A stretch of 62,922 bases of DNA, filler included, from Octopus bimaculoides (taxonomy: Eukaryota), in the NCBI RefSeq assembly GCF_001194135.2. It is 5 parts of 5 records of this genome, joined end to end, with 100 filler letters (N's around TTAATTAATTAA, not from the genome) between each part and the next. Parts side by side here need not be neighbours in the genome. Positions count along the whole stretch, not along the records: positions 24,033 to 50,857 come from NC_068993.1; 4 more parts are not named here. One strand, given 5' to 3'. Positions 27,352-40,903 of this stretch are shown here, piece by piece. Below the pieces are notes generated by a model. That model saw nothing but the letters and a program-made list of their open reading frames with translations. It did no database searches and was not told the origin of the DNA. Numbering within the stretch: the stretch's first letter is position 1; the number at the start of each line of letters is the position of its first letter. The translations under genes and the position numbers were made by a program.

Positions 27352-27620
27352 AAACAACAAAAGGGTGTATTAGTATGACGCTCGGGAATACGGAAAGTCT
27401 TTAACGTTTCGAGCTACGCTCTTCAACAGAAAGAATACGGAGACAAGGAGAAAAACACGGAGAAAAAAATTGAATAGTGTTCAGTCAACGGTCAATCATA
27501 GTAATGGCTGACCGGAAGTTAGAAATTTTACACAGGAGAGCTAAGAAAAGGGGGAGATAACAAATGGGGAGAAAGAACGGTGATCGAAGAACGAGGGGCT
27601 GTGTGTGTGAGAGATAGAAT
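27352..27620 (-). mobile_element. Non-coding repeat resembling a PLE terminal repeat (pLTR)/retrozyme segment
   Basis: 27352-27470 is the near-exact reverse complement of 54324-54440. Pyrimidine-rich on the minus strand, contains the hammerhead fold, and its 3' end faces a (TA)n-flanked gap. Confidence 0.65.
27398..27434 (-). ncRNA. Minimal type I hammerhead ribozyme-like motif (GUU site)
   Basis: Minus strand: UCUUU-CUGUUGA-A-GAGC(GUA)GCUC-GAAA-CGUU-AAAGA. Stem I 5 bp, stem II 4 bp, palindromic ACGU stem III. Confidence 0.65.
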
Positions 27621-27769
27621 GCTGATGATATTGACGTATGTATATATAGGTAGATATATATTACGTGTATGTATATAGATGTAATTGAATACGCACATAT
27701 ACGTCCCATTTGTGTATGTGTATTCGAATTCGTGTAGTATTACATTTTTTTTTTTACTGATATGATTTC

Positions 27770-27893
27770 TTTTACTACTTATATTTTTATTTGTTTCAGT
27801 CATGCTGGGGCGCCACCTTGAAGAATCTTTCGTTGACTGAATCGACCCCACTATTTATTTTTTTTATTTTTCATGCCTGGTTCTTATTCTATC
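27770..27893 (-). mobile_element. SINE family A tail fragment
   Basis: ttgtttcagtcatgctggggcgccaccttg..cttattctatcg. Confidence 0.75.
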
Positions 27894-28262
27894 GATAAAT
27901 CATATGCCATAGAATTATTTTCAATAAACATTTCGAATGTAATTCGTTCAATATTAAACTGCTTCTGGGGTGCAACCACTATTGTGTGGATACAACGTTT
28001 GCCTTAGAATCTCTAGTGTGGATTCAGCCCCACTGCTCTCTCTTTTATAAAGTGTGATATATGTCAAAGAAGTGTATGCTGTGGGAACTGTCCAAGACAG
28101 ACCCTTTCTTCCGGTTATGCCGCAATCATGACAATCTTTGAAAACAAATAAATATGGAAATGAAGGGGAAAATAATTTGCACGCTTCTGAACTCTGCTTT
28201 CAGAAAGAATTCCCATGCTCCAATTCCCACCGTAACAACGTTGGAGATGCTTGTAAGTGTGT

Positions 28263-28361
28263 GCATGTATGTATGTATGTATGTATGTATGTATGTATGT
28301 ATGTATGTATGTATGTATGTATGCATGTATGTATGCATGTATGTATGTACATAGGTCAATT

Positions 28362-28399
<38 letters not shown>

Positions 28400-28480
28400 G
28401 TTGTTGTAATAAAGTACTTTCAACGGATCAGCTTTGAGCTCTATTTAAAGTTGATATATATATCTATATATCTATATCTA

Positions 28481-28535
<55 letters not shown>

Positions 28536-28540
28536 NNNNN
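28263..28540. repeat. Adjacent (TATG)n, (TTA)n and (TATC)n microsatellites
   Basis: Directly visible. Confidence 0.9.
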
Positions 28541-29778
28541 NNNNNNNNNNNNNATATATATGTAAAAGAGACTACTCAGTGGACTGCTAATGTGCTAGAA
28601 GAAGATCACTTAAAAATTCTCAGCAGTCCACTTAGTGGCCTCTTTTATATATACATATACAATAATTCTTTTGAGATCTCAGAAAATCTTTTCTGAATCT
28701 TCTGATTCTTTTAATGTGTTGGTTTCCTGGTATTAAATTGATATTAATTAATATCAAATTTTTTACCCTAATATGTTAGTTATATATAGAGAGAGAGAGA
28801 GAAAGAGAGAAAGAAAGAGGATTATAGGGAGAAATACTTATACATATAGACGTATACATACGTATACTGAGTCACGCCTAAGCAAAATGTGTGTGTGTAT
28901 TTGTGTGTGTGTGTGAAAGAAAGAGAGGGAGGGAGAGGCCGGTGAGATGAGAAGAAAATGCAGTATGTGCAACATCCAAGGAGATTTCGAGTGAGAATGT
29001 AAAAGTAACATTTAAACTTTATACACATTCAACAGGTATTTGAAAGGCAAATAGACGAAGAGATTGTCAGTAATAGTGAAGATATCTAGTTTGAACTGTA
29101 GAAAGATGAAGCTCATCAGAAAAGATAACGAAGTTTGTCACAATACTCATTGTGATGTGAAGGGGAAAACTGCTGTAAAAAGAGAAAAGCAAACAACACA
29201 AGAATAACACTAAGAATAACCGAGAGACAACAAAATGAAGGTTAAAATTGGAGGAAACATTGAATCAGTAAGATTAATAATTAATGAAATTGGTTAGAAA
29301 TAAACTCCGATATTTTAAGTTCACTACGACAGTTTTATTCTAAACCCATAATTCTTGATCCAGTCATACACCAAATATTTTGGTACTCCGATAAACTGAC
29401 ACCAATCTATTGTAATCTGGTTTGTGTGAAAAATAGAAATGTTTGTTAAAAATTCATTCAAACACCTGAAGAAACGAAATGGGTAACATTCAATTTTTGT
29501 ATCGAGTATTTTTTCTCGTGTTCTATTAACTAACGCGTATTCATTTCATGCACAAAAATACACAAACACAGACATACATAGACACAAACGCATACATATT
29601 GGATGTACTTCATCAACTGATTTGTCGCGAGTTGCGAAAAGTACTTCACACAAACCGAATATAGAGATTGGAAAAGAGTGTGACATTTTGCAACGTTAAT
29701 TAATATTTTCTTTGAAGAGCTTCACCCTAAGCTGTGAAACATGCTATAACTTTGCACAATTTATTCTAAAACTTGTGT

Positions 29779-29841
29779 GTGCGTGCGTAGTTACATGCGC
29801 GTGCGTGCGTAGTTACATGCGCGCGCGTGTGTAGTTACATT
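29779..29841 (+). repeat. 22-bp CpG-rich minisatellite, ~3 copies
   Basis: gtgcgtgcgtagttacatgcgc repeated. Confidence 0.8.
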
Positions 29842-30360
29842 CGTCTGAGTGTGTTGGTTGATACGCAAGTACGGCTACACTATTCTTCTATTACAGACAC
29901 AACTATCAGTACATCAATATACCTAATTTGTTGTTCTGTTCAAAGTTTCGAAAATATTTTCTCGCCTAGAAAGTATGAATTGTATCTTGTCTCGTCACGA
30001 AAAATACTAAATATATTTAACTGTTGCATCACATTTTGCTCCTAGTCTTAGTTACTTCTACTGTTTTATATAAGCTGAGGGTTTATTAACTTAATTACAC
30101 TCTCAATACAAAATATAAAGTGAATTTGTTTGAGAATCACGTCACTGAATTGATTACGCGCTCACTCACTTGGAATCATTAATTTAATTCAAAAGGAATT
30201 TTATAGTTGCAATAATGTTAGAATCCTTAAAAACTGAAGTAATTGACATCTTGATTTTCATTCAAAGAAACTTTGTGTTTGTGTGTGTGTGAGTGTGTGT
30301 ATGTGTGTGTGTGTGTACATACATAAATACAAAAATAATATGCATGTACACACACACACA

Positions 30361-30406
<46 letters not shown>

Positions 30407-30708
30407 TACACATAAAACTACGCCTGTTTTATGAATTTGCCAAAACAGTCATCAATATTTGAACTATGAATGAATAATTACAAAAATTGACTCATATAAC
30501 TCACTCTTAAAAGATCCTGAAAAATAGTTTTAGGAAAATATAAACTTTGAAGACCAATCACAGAAATCTCATTAATATTCAACACCTTTTGGACAGAAAT
30601 ACTTTTAGTTTAATTTTCATATTAATAGGAATTTCTCTTGACTTCAATAAATGTTTTCGAATCATGTTCATCTAAAAGTTACTAGGAAATCCTCATGATT
30701 TCAACAAT

Positions 30709-31112
30709 AGGCGCAGGAGTGGCTGTGTTGTAAGTAGCTTGCTTACCAACCACATGGTTCTGGATTCAGTCCCACTGCGTGGTACCTTGGGCAAGTGTCT
30801 TCTACTATAGCCTCGGGCCGACCAAAACCTTGTGAGTGGATTTGGTAGACGGAAACTGAAAGAAGCCCGTCGTATATATGTATATAAATGTATGTGTGTT
30901 TGTGTGTCTGTGTTTGTCCCCCCATCATCACTTGACAACCGATGCTGGTGTGTTTACGTCTTTGTAACTTAGCGGTTCGTCAAAAAGAGAAACGATAGAA
31001 TAAGTCCTAGGCTTACAAAGATTAAGTCCTGGGGTCGATTTTCTCGACTAAAGGCGGTGCTCCAGCATGGCCGCAGTCAAATGACTGAAACGAGTAAAAG
31101 AGTAAAAGAGTA
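30709..31112 (+). mobile_element. SINE family A, best-preserved full copy
   Basis: aggcgcaggagtggctgtgttgtaag (A-box-like), ggattcagtccc (B-box-like), internal TA/TG tract at ~30873-30915, tail ending (gagtaaaa)3. Confidence 0.93.
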
Positions 31113-32377
31113 ATTGTTTCAAAATGGCTGATTTTGAGATAAAATCGTGGGTAACTGAGGCTAAGAAACACCTCAACAAGCTTCATTCCATCATCACAAG
31201 AACTAAGACAAAAACGAACCCAAAAACAGCAATTTGAACGAAAATGCAAGAGTGCAAGATCCTTGCAATTTTTGTGCTCTACTAAATACTTCTTCGCCAT
31301 GGTTCAGAGACTTTAAGGATTTAAAATTTCATTTCTTACAATTTTAAGTCAGTTGGACATAGTGCTTAAAGATATCTAAAAGTATAATTATTATTAAATA
31401 TTATGATTATTACGAAAGCGATAACATTATTAAAGATGCTTGAATTTATAAATTTTTTAATGGAATTTATTAAAAAATTTTGCTGACGAATATCGTTATA
31501 AAACAACCTCACGCTTTAGCAATCAAAATTACAAATCCTGGAAGTTTTGTAACGTTGGCATTGAATTATTATTGGGAAGAAATTGAGGCTCAACGGAAGA
31601 CATCGCAGTCAACTATTTATGAATTTAGTTTTATAAAAACATTAATAGAATCAGTAACGTCAAATAAATATTCAGTTTTCTGTTTTATCTCATGCATAAA
31701 GCTAATAAAAACAGCGTACGTACTTTTTAAATTGAATTTCACAGAAATTTGTTTAAAAGAAATTTTTGTACATATGTAGACGGATTGAAGGTAAACCAGT
31801 TGGTGTCTTTCATAAGACATTTGTGTTATTATTTGAAAGAATTCATTCGTATGACAAAAACAAAGAACAAAAAAAAAAGAAAGAAACGAAAGCAAAGAAT
31901 AAAACTGTCCTACATTCTTCTTATAAAGAAGTTTCTGATAGCGAAATATAAAAGCGGAAAATATTCGTTGATGGAAGTATTGTATACATGAATCAGAATT
32001 TTGCTGAAATCAATTGAAGTATCAGCGGGCTTTGTAGCTGGTTATCAAAATATTAATGGAAAACACTATATGTGTGTAGACAAAAGCATACAGAACAGGC
32101 AGAAAATGCGTTTAGACTGATATCATAATCTATTAAATGAAAAAACTTCTGTAACATCTTTTCTCTACATGTTTGACAATTTGGAAATTCTGATTTAAAG
32201 AAGCAGATCAAAATACTGAGACAAAGTAAAATAAAGGTTGAAATTCGATATACATACATATATTTACACATATACATAAACATGCATGCACGCATGCATA
32301 CATTCATATATATATATATATATGTATATATATACACGCGCGCACACACATGTATATAAATATATACATATACATAC

Positions 32378-32425
<48 letters not shown>

Positions 32426-32442
32426 GCGTATGTATGTATGTA

Positions 32443-33400
32443 TATTTGGTTGACCAAAATGTCCGTTTGATTTTTAAATTAAAATAAGACAGTTTTTAAG
32501 CTCAAAGCCACTTATCCAACCAATGATATGATCCTTACTATGGTCATACATGGACCCCAGTACTCGATCGACTGGCAATTGATTTATCGACCCTGAAAGG
32601 ATAAAAGGCAAAGTCGACCTGGCCGGAATTTGTCAATGAATGATATGATGACCTTTTCGTTCCAATATCTGCCGTCTTGCAGGTAGATTCAGAATTATCG
32701 CTCAAAGACTTGCCTGTCTTTACAGGCGAACAACTCTTCCAGGTGAATTTTTACATCCTCTTTGGAGTTGAGAATCTGTTCGTTGAATGAATTTTGAAGA
32801 GAAATAAATAAGGAGAAATCTGAAGGTGCAATATCAGGAGAAATTGGTGACTGCGGCAAAAACTTCCCATCCAAGCCCTAGAACTTTCTGTTACGTCTGC
32901 AAAGAAGTGTCCAGACTGGCATTGTTGTGATGAAAGACAATACCTTTATGATTAATAAGTGCTGGGCGTTTCTAAAAGATTGTAGCGTTTAACCTGACAA
33001 GCTGATTACAGTACATATACGAATTGATGTTCCTCTCCGTAAGAAGAAGCTCGTATAAGACAACACTTTTCCGATCCCAACATATTGAAAGTATAACCCT
33101 TTCCGGGTGAAGTCCAATATTGAAGGTTGTTTGTGGTGGTTCGCTGCGCTTCCTCGATGATCGTTTGTCCTTCACATGGTTACAGACGATCCATTTTTCA
33201 CCCCTTGTTATTATTCTGTCCAAAAAGGATCTGTTTCTCCACATTTCTGCAACGAATCGCTGATTGATATCCATTGAGCGAAATTTGCTTCATTCAGTTG
33301 CTGCGAGATCAAACATTGAGCGTCGTGACGTAATCAAGTTGAGACAGTTATTTTTGAACATCCGATGTTAATATATGGAGAATATCTGCAATAACCTTGG
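32443..33400 (-). mobile_element. mariner (DD34D-type) transposon remnant with one TIR, 5'-truncated
   Basis: FLDRIITRGEKWIV, GLHPERVILSICWD, GIVFHHNNA, LGWEV, PDIAPSDF motifs. TA-flanked TATTTGGTTGACCAAAATGTCCGTTTGATTTTT terminus at 32443-32475 resembles mariner TIRs. Confidence 0.9.
32553..32632 (-). mobile_element. Family B SINE fragment nested in the mariner 3' UTR
   Basis: gatttatcgaccctgaaaggataaaaggcaaagtcgacc lies between the transposase end and the TIR. Confidence 0.8.
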
Positions 33401-33536
33401 TCGTATAACAAAGGTTGTTATACGACCAGAGCGAGGGGCAACTTGAACCAAAATATTTCTTGATCGAAATCTTGAAACCCCGCGCGTTCTGATACACATG
33501 TTCCGTAACAGCAACCTATCTGTGCAAACTTTCTGC

Positions 33537-33710
33537 ACGTCTGTCCCGGTAGCTTAGCGGTTCTGCAAAATCGACCGATATAATATGAACTAAGCTTAAT
33601 AAAATAAGTTCTTGATTTGATTCATTCGACCTAAACTCGTCAAGGCGGCGCCCCAGCACGGCCGCGATCCAACGATTGGAACAAGTAAAGGAATAAAAGA
33701 ATAAAAAGAA
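33537..33710 (+). mobile_element. SINE family A tail
   Basis: cttagcggttctgcaaaa..ccagcacggccgcg..gaacaagtaaaggaataaaagaataaaaag. Confidence 0.8.
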
Positions 33711-34747
33711 TACAGATAGTGAACACACACTAAATCTGAAACTCAAAATCAATCCAAATATTCAAAATTTAAAATTGATGCTGCAGAAACGGAGGCGATA
33801 GACCGTTTAACACTGATTGAGTCACCATTGGAAAAATGTTGTTAAACAACTTTATCACGTGGTCACACGTCTATAGGTGAGACACAACATACCATATACA
33901 ACACTATAGTTTTTTTTTTATTATAAAACAAATGGGCGAGCATATTAAGGCATTAACACCAATTTCCAGCTGAATGTCTCCTTCATTGGCTCGAATTTAA
34001 CATATTTATCAAGTTGGCTAAATACGATGACGGTTGTTTCACATACTCCCTTAATTAACGGATGTATGCGGTATTATTCTACAATTACATTTTTCATAGG
34101 AATACAATGACCGTTTGAGCCATCACTCTCACCTACCGTTTGAAGTATATGTTACACAGAGACAAATTGACAGAGATGCTCAACTGTATCATCTTCCTTG
34201 GAATAGTATATATAGGAGGCTCAAATATCAATCGATTATATGAATCACAGCACTTGACGAGTACCGCATTTCTTTGGATATATGAAAGTTAGTCTTCGGT
34301 GGGATTTGATTTCAAAATGCAAACGACTGGAACAACAATACCATAGAACATAATGTTCTAAAGATGATGTATATCCATAGCCATGCTGGAGGGGTGGAAA
34401 GGTAGATGAGATAAAGAAATTTGTCTTACCTTGCTTTATAAATGACCTGACCTTTGTCATAAACATGGAGCATTTTATTTTGAACTGTGACGTCATGGAA
34501 GTAGGAATATTTCTCGTTTGGGAAATACAAATCTGGAACCCATATCTTTAGAATGATATGAAAAAAAGAAAGTATTTATAATGTAGAGGATATACTTCTC
34601 GTTTGTCTAAATGTGTGTTTCTGTTTCTGATAAATGTCTAACAGTATAGGACACTAATGAGATCGATGCTTACATATAAATCAAACTCGTATGTAACCAA
34701 TTTCTTTCTGAGTTTTAGAAAATAGTATATCTTGGACTTATATGTAG

Positions 34748-34833
<86 letters not shown>

Positions 34834-35091
34834 CTAACACTCTTGATATACCGCATATCGCTAGCATATCTAAGACTACATTTCGAAGGTTGATTCTTTT
34901 CTTTCATATTGGAAAATCTTTCGACCGTTGAGAGCTGACACTCTTCAAGGCTACAGTGATCTCACACTGGAGGACTGCTTCAAGTGGTGAAACGCTTGTG
35001 TTCCTCATTCACCTGATTATGATAGCGAAAGTTTTCCAACATTGCGATTGATTTAGAAGCCATTTCAAATCTTCTAAATAGCTCCTGCAGT

Positions 35092-35131
<40 letters not shown>

Positions 35132-36229
35132 CACACGCACGCACGCACGCATGCACGAACGCACGCACACATAGACTACTTTTCCGTTACTGGAGGGATA
35201 AACAAAAGAACTCCATCTAGTGAGATGGTTATCATCTAATATACATAAGGTTTAGATGCGAGCTACTATCATTTAATGCCTCAGATAACACAATCGCTGT
35301 ATGAATTTGTAGAGGGTGCCGTGTAGAGGCAGTCATTCAGATGCAATATGCATCATACCTGCTCTCAGGGAAAAAAAAAGATGAGAACGAGAAAGTGTAC
35401 GAAGAAAGGGTACTAGAAAAGAAACATGAAGGGATGAGAGATAACACTTGTGTCCCTTTGGCCAGTTAGAATGATAATTAATACTGATTGGTGTAGTTAA
35501 TTTGACAGAGCTAAATCTATATAAGATGGTGTGTTTACAGTTCTATCACAGGAACTTATCAAGATGCTCACATCTAGTGAAAATTCCTGATCTGACTTCG
35601 GTAGATCGGTGGAGTGCTTAGATATAAAAGATGAGTTCTTTAGGCTATACAAAACCCGAACCTCCTTAACGTGTTGACATAAGGTGTGCATTCTTGAGCG
35701 ACGCTCTACTTGTTGGATTGTGGTAGATGTAAAATCAAAGAATCTCATCGACCTACTAAATTTGAGAACCGAAATTTTCACGAAATGTAAGTGCCTGGAT
35801 TAAACATGCAGTTTCACAACCTTTCAAGCATTTCGTTAAAGAGAAGCAATGTTGCATTTCTGGGCATCTAAATCTGGTGGTTCTGTGCATAACAAGTGAT
35901 ATATAGAATGCTAAGTAGTAAGAGTGAGTGTTTAACATCGTATGTGGATTAAATCTCGTTAATTTCTGTATCAAAAGTGCCACTAACGGTTTAATAATGT
36001 AAGAAATTCTGCAAATCTTCAAGCGATCTATTTGCTTATTCGCTCCCTTTTACGAATGTAAAACTGAATGTGATTAAACGGGATTTCTTAATTAATAGAC
36101 ACTCAAATAAGGAAAGAAAACTTTCAGAGAGTTCTTTGATAGTTATTTCACTTGCATTTGTTTTGTTCTTTTCGTGAGAATTTGCGTTCAGTGCATAATA
36201 ATTGCATTATACGAAAAGATTCTCGCATA

Positions 36230-36272
<43 letters not shown>

Positions 36273-36334
36273 TACAATTCTAGCACTTCTTGGGAATGCA
36301 TACGTATTATGTATATCGTGCATATAACCAAAAT

Positions 36335-38075
36335 CATGTTGTAAATTTATGCTAGTTAAATTGATAAGCTGGAACAGAAGGTCATGCTTGAATTTTGAGT
36401 TTAGATTGTTGTTTATGCAGTCAAGGGTAGAATGGTTTTTACCTTCAGTTGTTATGTTTGATTTTCCTGCGATACAGAAGTTGCACGTGCTGCCTCATCC
36501 CTTATATTTGCAGGTCTTAGCTCTGATTCTTCAGTCTATACGAAGGTTGTTCAGGCCCCTGTCTTTAACGTTCCACATTATGCTAAAGATGCTGTATGCA
36601 TTTTGCTCTTATCTCGAAACGAAGCAAATTGTTGCACATATCTTTTTCTGAAGGCAATTCCAATCATTTCTTGGTACGTTTTCATAGTCCTATTCATGCC
36701 AGTGATGCAAGCCAATTGCCTTTGCAGGTACATTTTATTCAGAGGACGGTTATGAGCGAATTTATAATTACCAGAACTCTAAGGGTTGTCCCTAATGCTG
36801 TTTTTTCTAATTGTGATTGAATATCAACGGTTCTATATTGGGGTGCAACGATAGTTAAATTTAGTCGTGTTTCTGCTAAAGATCCTGTGATATTCATGTG
36901 AGAGTAGGGGTCTGTAAGTTTGAGAAATCGTCTTGCTATATCTGTAGTCATTTTGACGTTACATAGGTTTGGTTCGAAATAGGTTATATTAGTGTAGAAA
37001 GTGATCATTCTGTCGGGTGTTGTAACATGGGGATGCCTTTTCGAAAGTTGTTTCATCAGAGGATAGGTTGAAAACACGCCTACTAATGCTATTAATTATT
37101 GTCTCATTACTCATGGTAGGTGTTAAAGCCCCTCAAAATGTAGGTGCTGTCCTTATTTTGTGTATGGAAATTTTCTTATTTTCCAAACTAACATTTATGT
37201 TATGTCTATGGAACTAACATCGGTAAGTTTTGTGTTAAGTTTAACATTAAAGCTGAGTTGACTAAGTATTTTGCATATATTTTCTTATGTTATCCATATC
37301 CTGCCATTCTTATTATGTATTATTTCTAGGCTGTCTTCTCCATATAACTCTATGCTTGGTTCTTATATTTCATTAAGGATATATAATATGTAGATGCCAA
37401 CGAGATCTGCTGCCTCTGCTCCATCATGGTTCTATATGGCAACATCAGATAGTTTATCTCCATTCTTTTCATTTACTAAGTCTTATCGCAACTATTCCCT
37501 TGTGTCCATTATAATGGTTATATCGGTATTAGTAAGAATTGTATATGCTTTACAAAACTTCAATGATTTTGGAGGAGATTTTTAGAGATAAAGGGTATAA
37601 CACTATGATGCAGATCTGAAAGAATTTGCAATTTAACTAATCTTTAATTTTCCTAAGCCATTCAATGACTTCACTGCCACGTATATATATTATATGAACG
37701 TAGAAAAGGCTTTGATGACTATACCCATCTCCCTATTCGCGGGATTATCACTACTGATGGTTTGGCGAGAATTTATCTTTATGGCCCTTCAGGGATACGA
37801 AAGGTTTCAGTGGGATGAGTCGTTCTACTCTATCTTCGATATTAAATTTCATAGCTAAGGTTTTGCCTCATCATCGATTAAATTAGAAGTCATCGATTAT
37901 TTCATATGCTGTTTGTTATATTACTGATTAGCAATTCATTATGAGCGTGGTTGTATGCGTCAGTGACATTTGTTTTTGTTTTATCTGCTTGGGGAATTCT
38001 TAAAAGGAATGCATGTAATTTATGTTGGTTGGTATTGGATCTGTGGTTGAATCCAGTAGTTTTAAATAATGCGTC
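36335..38075 (-). mobile_element. Penelope-like element, most of the RT plus GIY-YIG ORF, heavily degraded
   Basis: Ordered, frameshifted motifs: ADKTKTN..NELLISNIT; DDEAKTLAMKFNIEDRVE..FVSLKGHKDKF; DGAEAADLVGIYIL..LYGEDS (YRDD-like); INSISRRVFNLSSDETTFEKASPCYN; DIARRFLKL; FRKRY..SFR; CNFCIA. Confidence 0.8.
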
Positions 38076-39480
38076 ACCCGTTGTATACATTAGTATACAT
38101 ACATACATACATACGTATATACATACATACGCGCACACACACGCACACATACACGCACACACACACACACATACACACATAGGTATGCACGAATGTTTTG
38201 CATAATGCAATTAATATATGTTGAACGAAAATTCTTGCAAAGAGCCAAGTCTAATGCAAGGAAAATAAAAATTAAAGATCCTAAAATATTTTCACTTCAT
38301 CTGTGTATCTATCAATTTTGAAATCAACAATCCCGTGTATAATCACATAATCACATTCTTATTATCAATATTCTAAAGTGGATTGCTTGAAATATTGTGG
38401 AATTCTTTTCACATGAAAGCACTGGAGGCACCGTTAATCCACAAACAAAGCATTATGCGCGTGTGTGTTTGTTACGTGTTTCATTTGTTCCCTGTCAAGT
38501 CGATGTCTATGTTTATCTTGATGGATTTGAATGTTTTCATATAAGGTCATCTAAACATTTCTTTAACGCTTAAGGAGGCGAAGGGAAGGGGAAAGCTGAA
38601 TTAATAGACTTGTTGAGTCCCGAGGGAAATATGCAAGGGATACTTTGCTCCTATATATATCAGAAACTGCAAAACCAACTGAGGTTTATGTTTCATAAGA
38701 TGTCATGCCAAAGTCACTAATTTTACATTAACCAGTTCTACATAGTAATAATCTGATTGTTATTTTGACATAGTTTCATCCAATCCAGATTGATCAAGCC
38801 TAGAGTGAGTTGTGAGTGGTCGATCAATGAGATGCAACTCACAGATCTATATTCACAATTGTATAATGTTTCCACTGAGCTGAAGACCAAATAAATAATC
38901 TGGTATATAGTGATGAGCTATATAGGGTGCAGTGTGACACTCTGTAAATACTGCACTACTAGAGTAGGGGAAGGTGAACTTTGTTAGAGAACGGTAGAAA
39001 AGCTTGATCTGCTCTTATTGATGATGGTGTGCTTCCCAATAAAACGCGTAGAGGTAAAAAAAATGATGTTCTTTCTATTTCTGAATTTGAGTCCTTTTGT
39101 GTTTTTTTCTGTTTGAGTGGGAGATTAGTGTTTTCAGGATTATTGTTGTAGATGAGTTATTATGGAACACTTACACACCCACACATGTCACACACACGCA
39201 CAAATATGTGTGTACAATCTGATGATACGTTGTGCTCCATTTAGTGTCATTTCTGATGGAGAGATTGGTGGTGGTGGAGGAAAAAATTGACATAGGAAGA
39301 GGGATGTTATCTATTGTTAATATAAGAAGAACCATATTATCATAAGGCATAAGTGTAATAAAAGTGTTTCGAATTTAGGTAAAACACCAACAGTTCTGAG
39401 GGTAGGGTTTAGTCAATGGAATCGACTATAACACATGTCAAGTACTTTATTTTCGGGAATATAGGCGATTCTAGTGAGAT

Positions 39481-39623
<143 letters not shown>

Positions 39624-40842
39624 AGAAAAGTTCATAGGAATTACTGCCATATATGGAATAAGGTTAATGAAATAGATTTCCTTGATTATAATGTATATCT
39701 TTAAATATTAAATTCCAGTTCGTTAAATTACTTTTGAGGGAAATTAATGCTTCCGTGGTCATTATATGCAAAAGATTTGTATTTAGTGTAGTGTAGTGAG
39801 GATTAAAAGTAGACTAATCGTTAAGATTTATATAATATTATGCTTTGAAGTAATTTTAAAATTTTATAGTTATGCATGTTGACTGTAGTGTACTATTTAA
39901 AGAATATATATGCTGAATTATCCGTTAAGTGAATTGAATACTTAACGCTTCAGCTATGAGGGTGACAGTTATAGAAGGAAAGAGGGGCAATATTCAATTT
40001 AAATAATACAAAGATTAACTTGTATTTCTGCATAATAGGATGTGTGGCGTCATGAATCGTGGATGATAAAGTGAAATTGGGAAACTAATGATTTGAGTTT
40101 ACATAGCAGAGGGGATTTTATTTGAATGAATGTATACAAACGTACAGAAAAGCACACACATACATAAATGTATACAAACATACACGTGTACGTGTGTGAC
40201 TGACTACAAATACATAGAGCTGAACACGGCGCGCAAAAAGCAAATAAGTAAGAAATGATTACTGAAATTAACGAAGTGTGCGAGTTCAAGCGACAGAACG
40301 CATATGTATGTTTGTATTATGTGCCTCAGAGTTATACAGCTATTTTGTCTAATAGCATTCATTAAAAAAATAATTGTTTTTTTACATTAGGTACATAGAT
40401 GAAATTGTGGGTTTTGAAAATAGCGAACTAAAACTTTAAATGAAAACATTACGTATATAGAATAAACTATGGGTTTTGCAAATAGCGAAAACATTGAAAT
40501 AAATATATATTAAATTATCATTAATGAAAATAAAGGCGAGAGAGAGTGAGAGACTGTTGCAAAAAAAAACCAAAAAAAAACGGAAAATTTCATCTGCGAC
40601 GAATTAATGTTGTTTATTACGTTAAGATCTACTACGCAATGAATACAATGAATAAATTTGGAAAAAAATTGTACTTCAAACATTCAATAAAATTCAGAAA
40701 TCGAAATTGCAGGAAATTTCTTGGAAAATGAACTTATGAAAAAATTTCCAGACTGCTTTCTGTTAATAATTATCACTGCCTAATTAATAAGCAGCTTTCT
40801 CCATTATAATATGGATGTATGTACATGTGTATATATATATGC

Positions 40843-40903
<61 letters not shown>

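Noticed and set aside
30709-30790. tRNA genes at A/B-box-like sequences
   Set aside because: They continue into shared SINE bodies and lack a convincing cloverleaf; these are tRNA-derived SINE heads.
35497-35790. Coding-like stretch with a gtaagt donor at ~35787
   Set aside because: All plus frames downstream of the candidate acceptors contain stops, and the minus ORF has no recognisable similarity.
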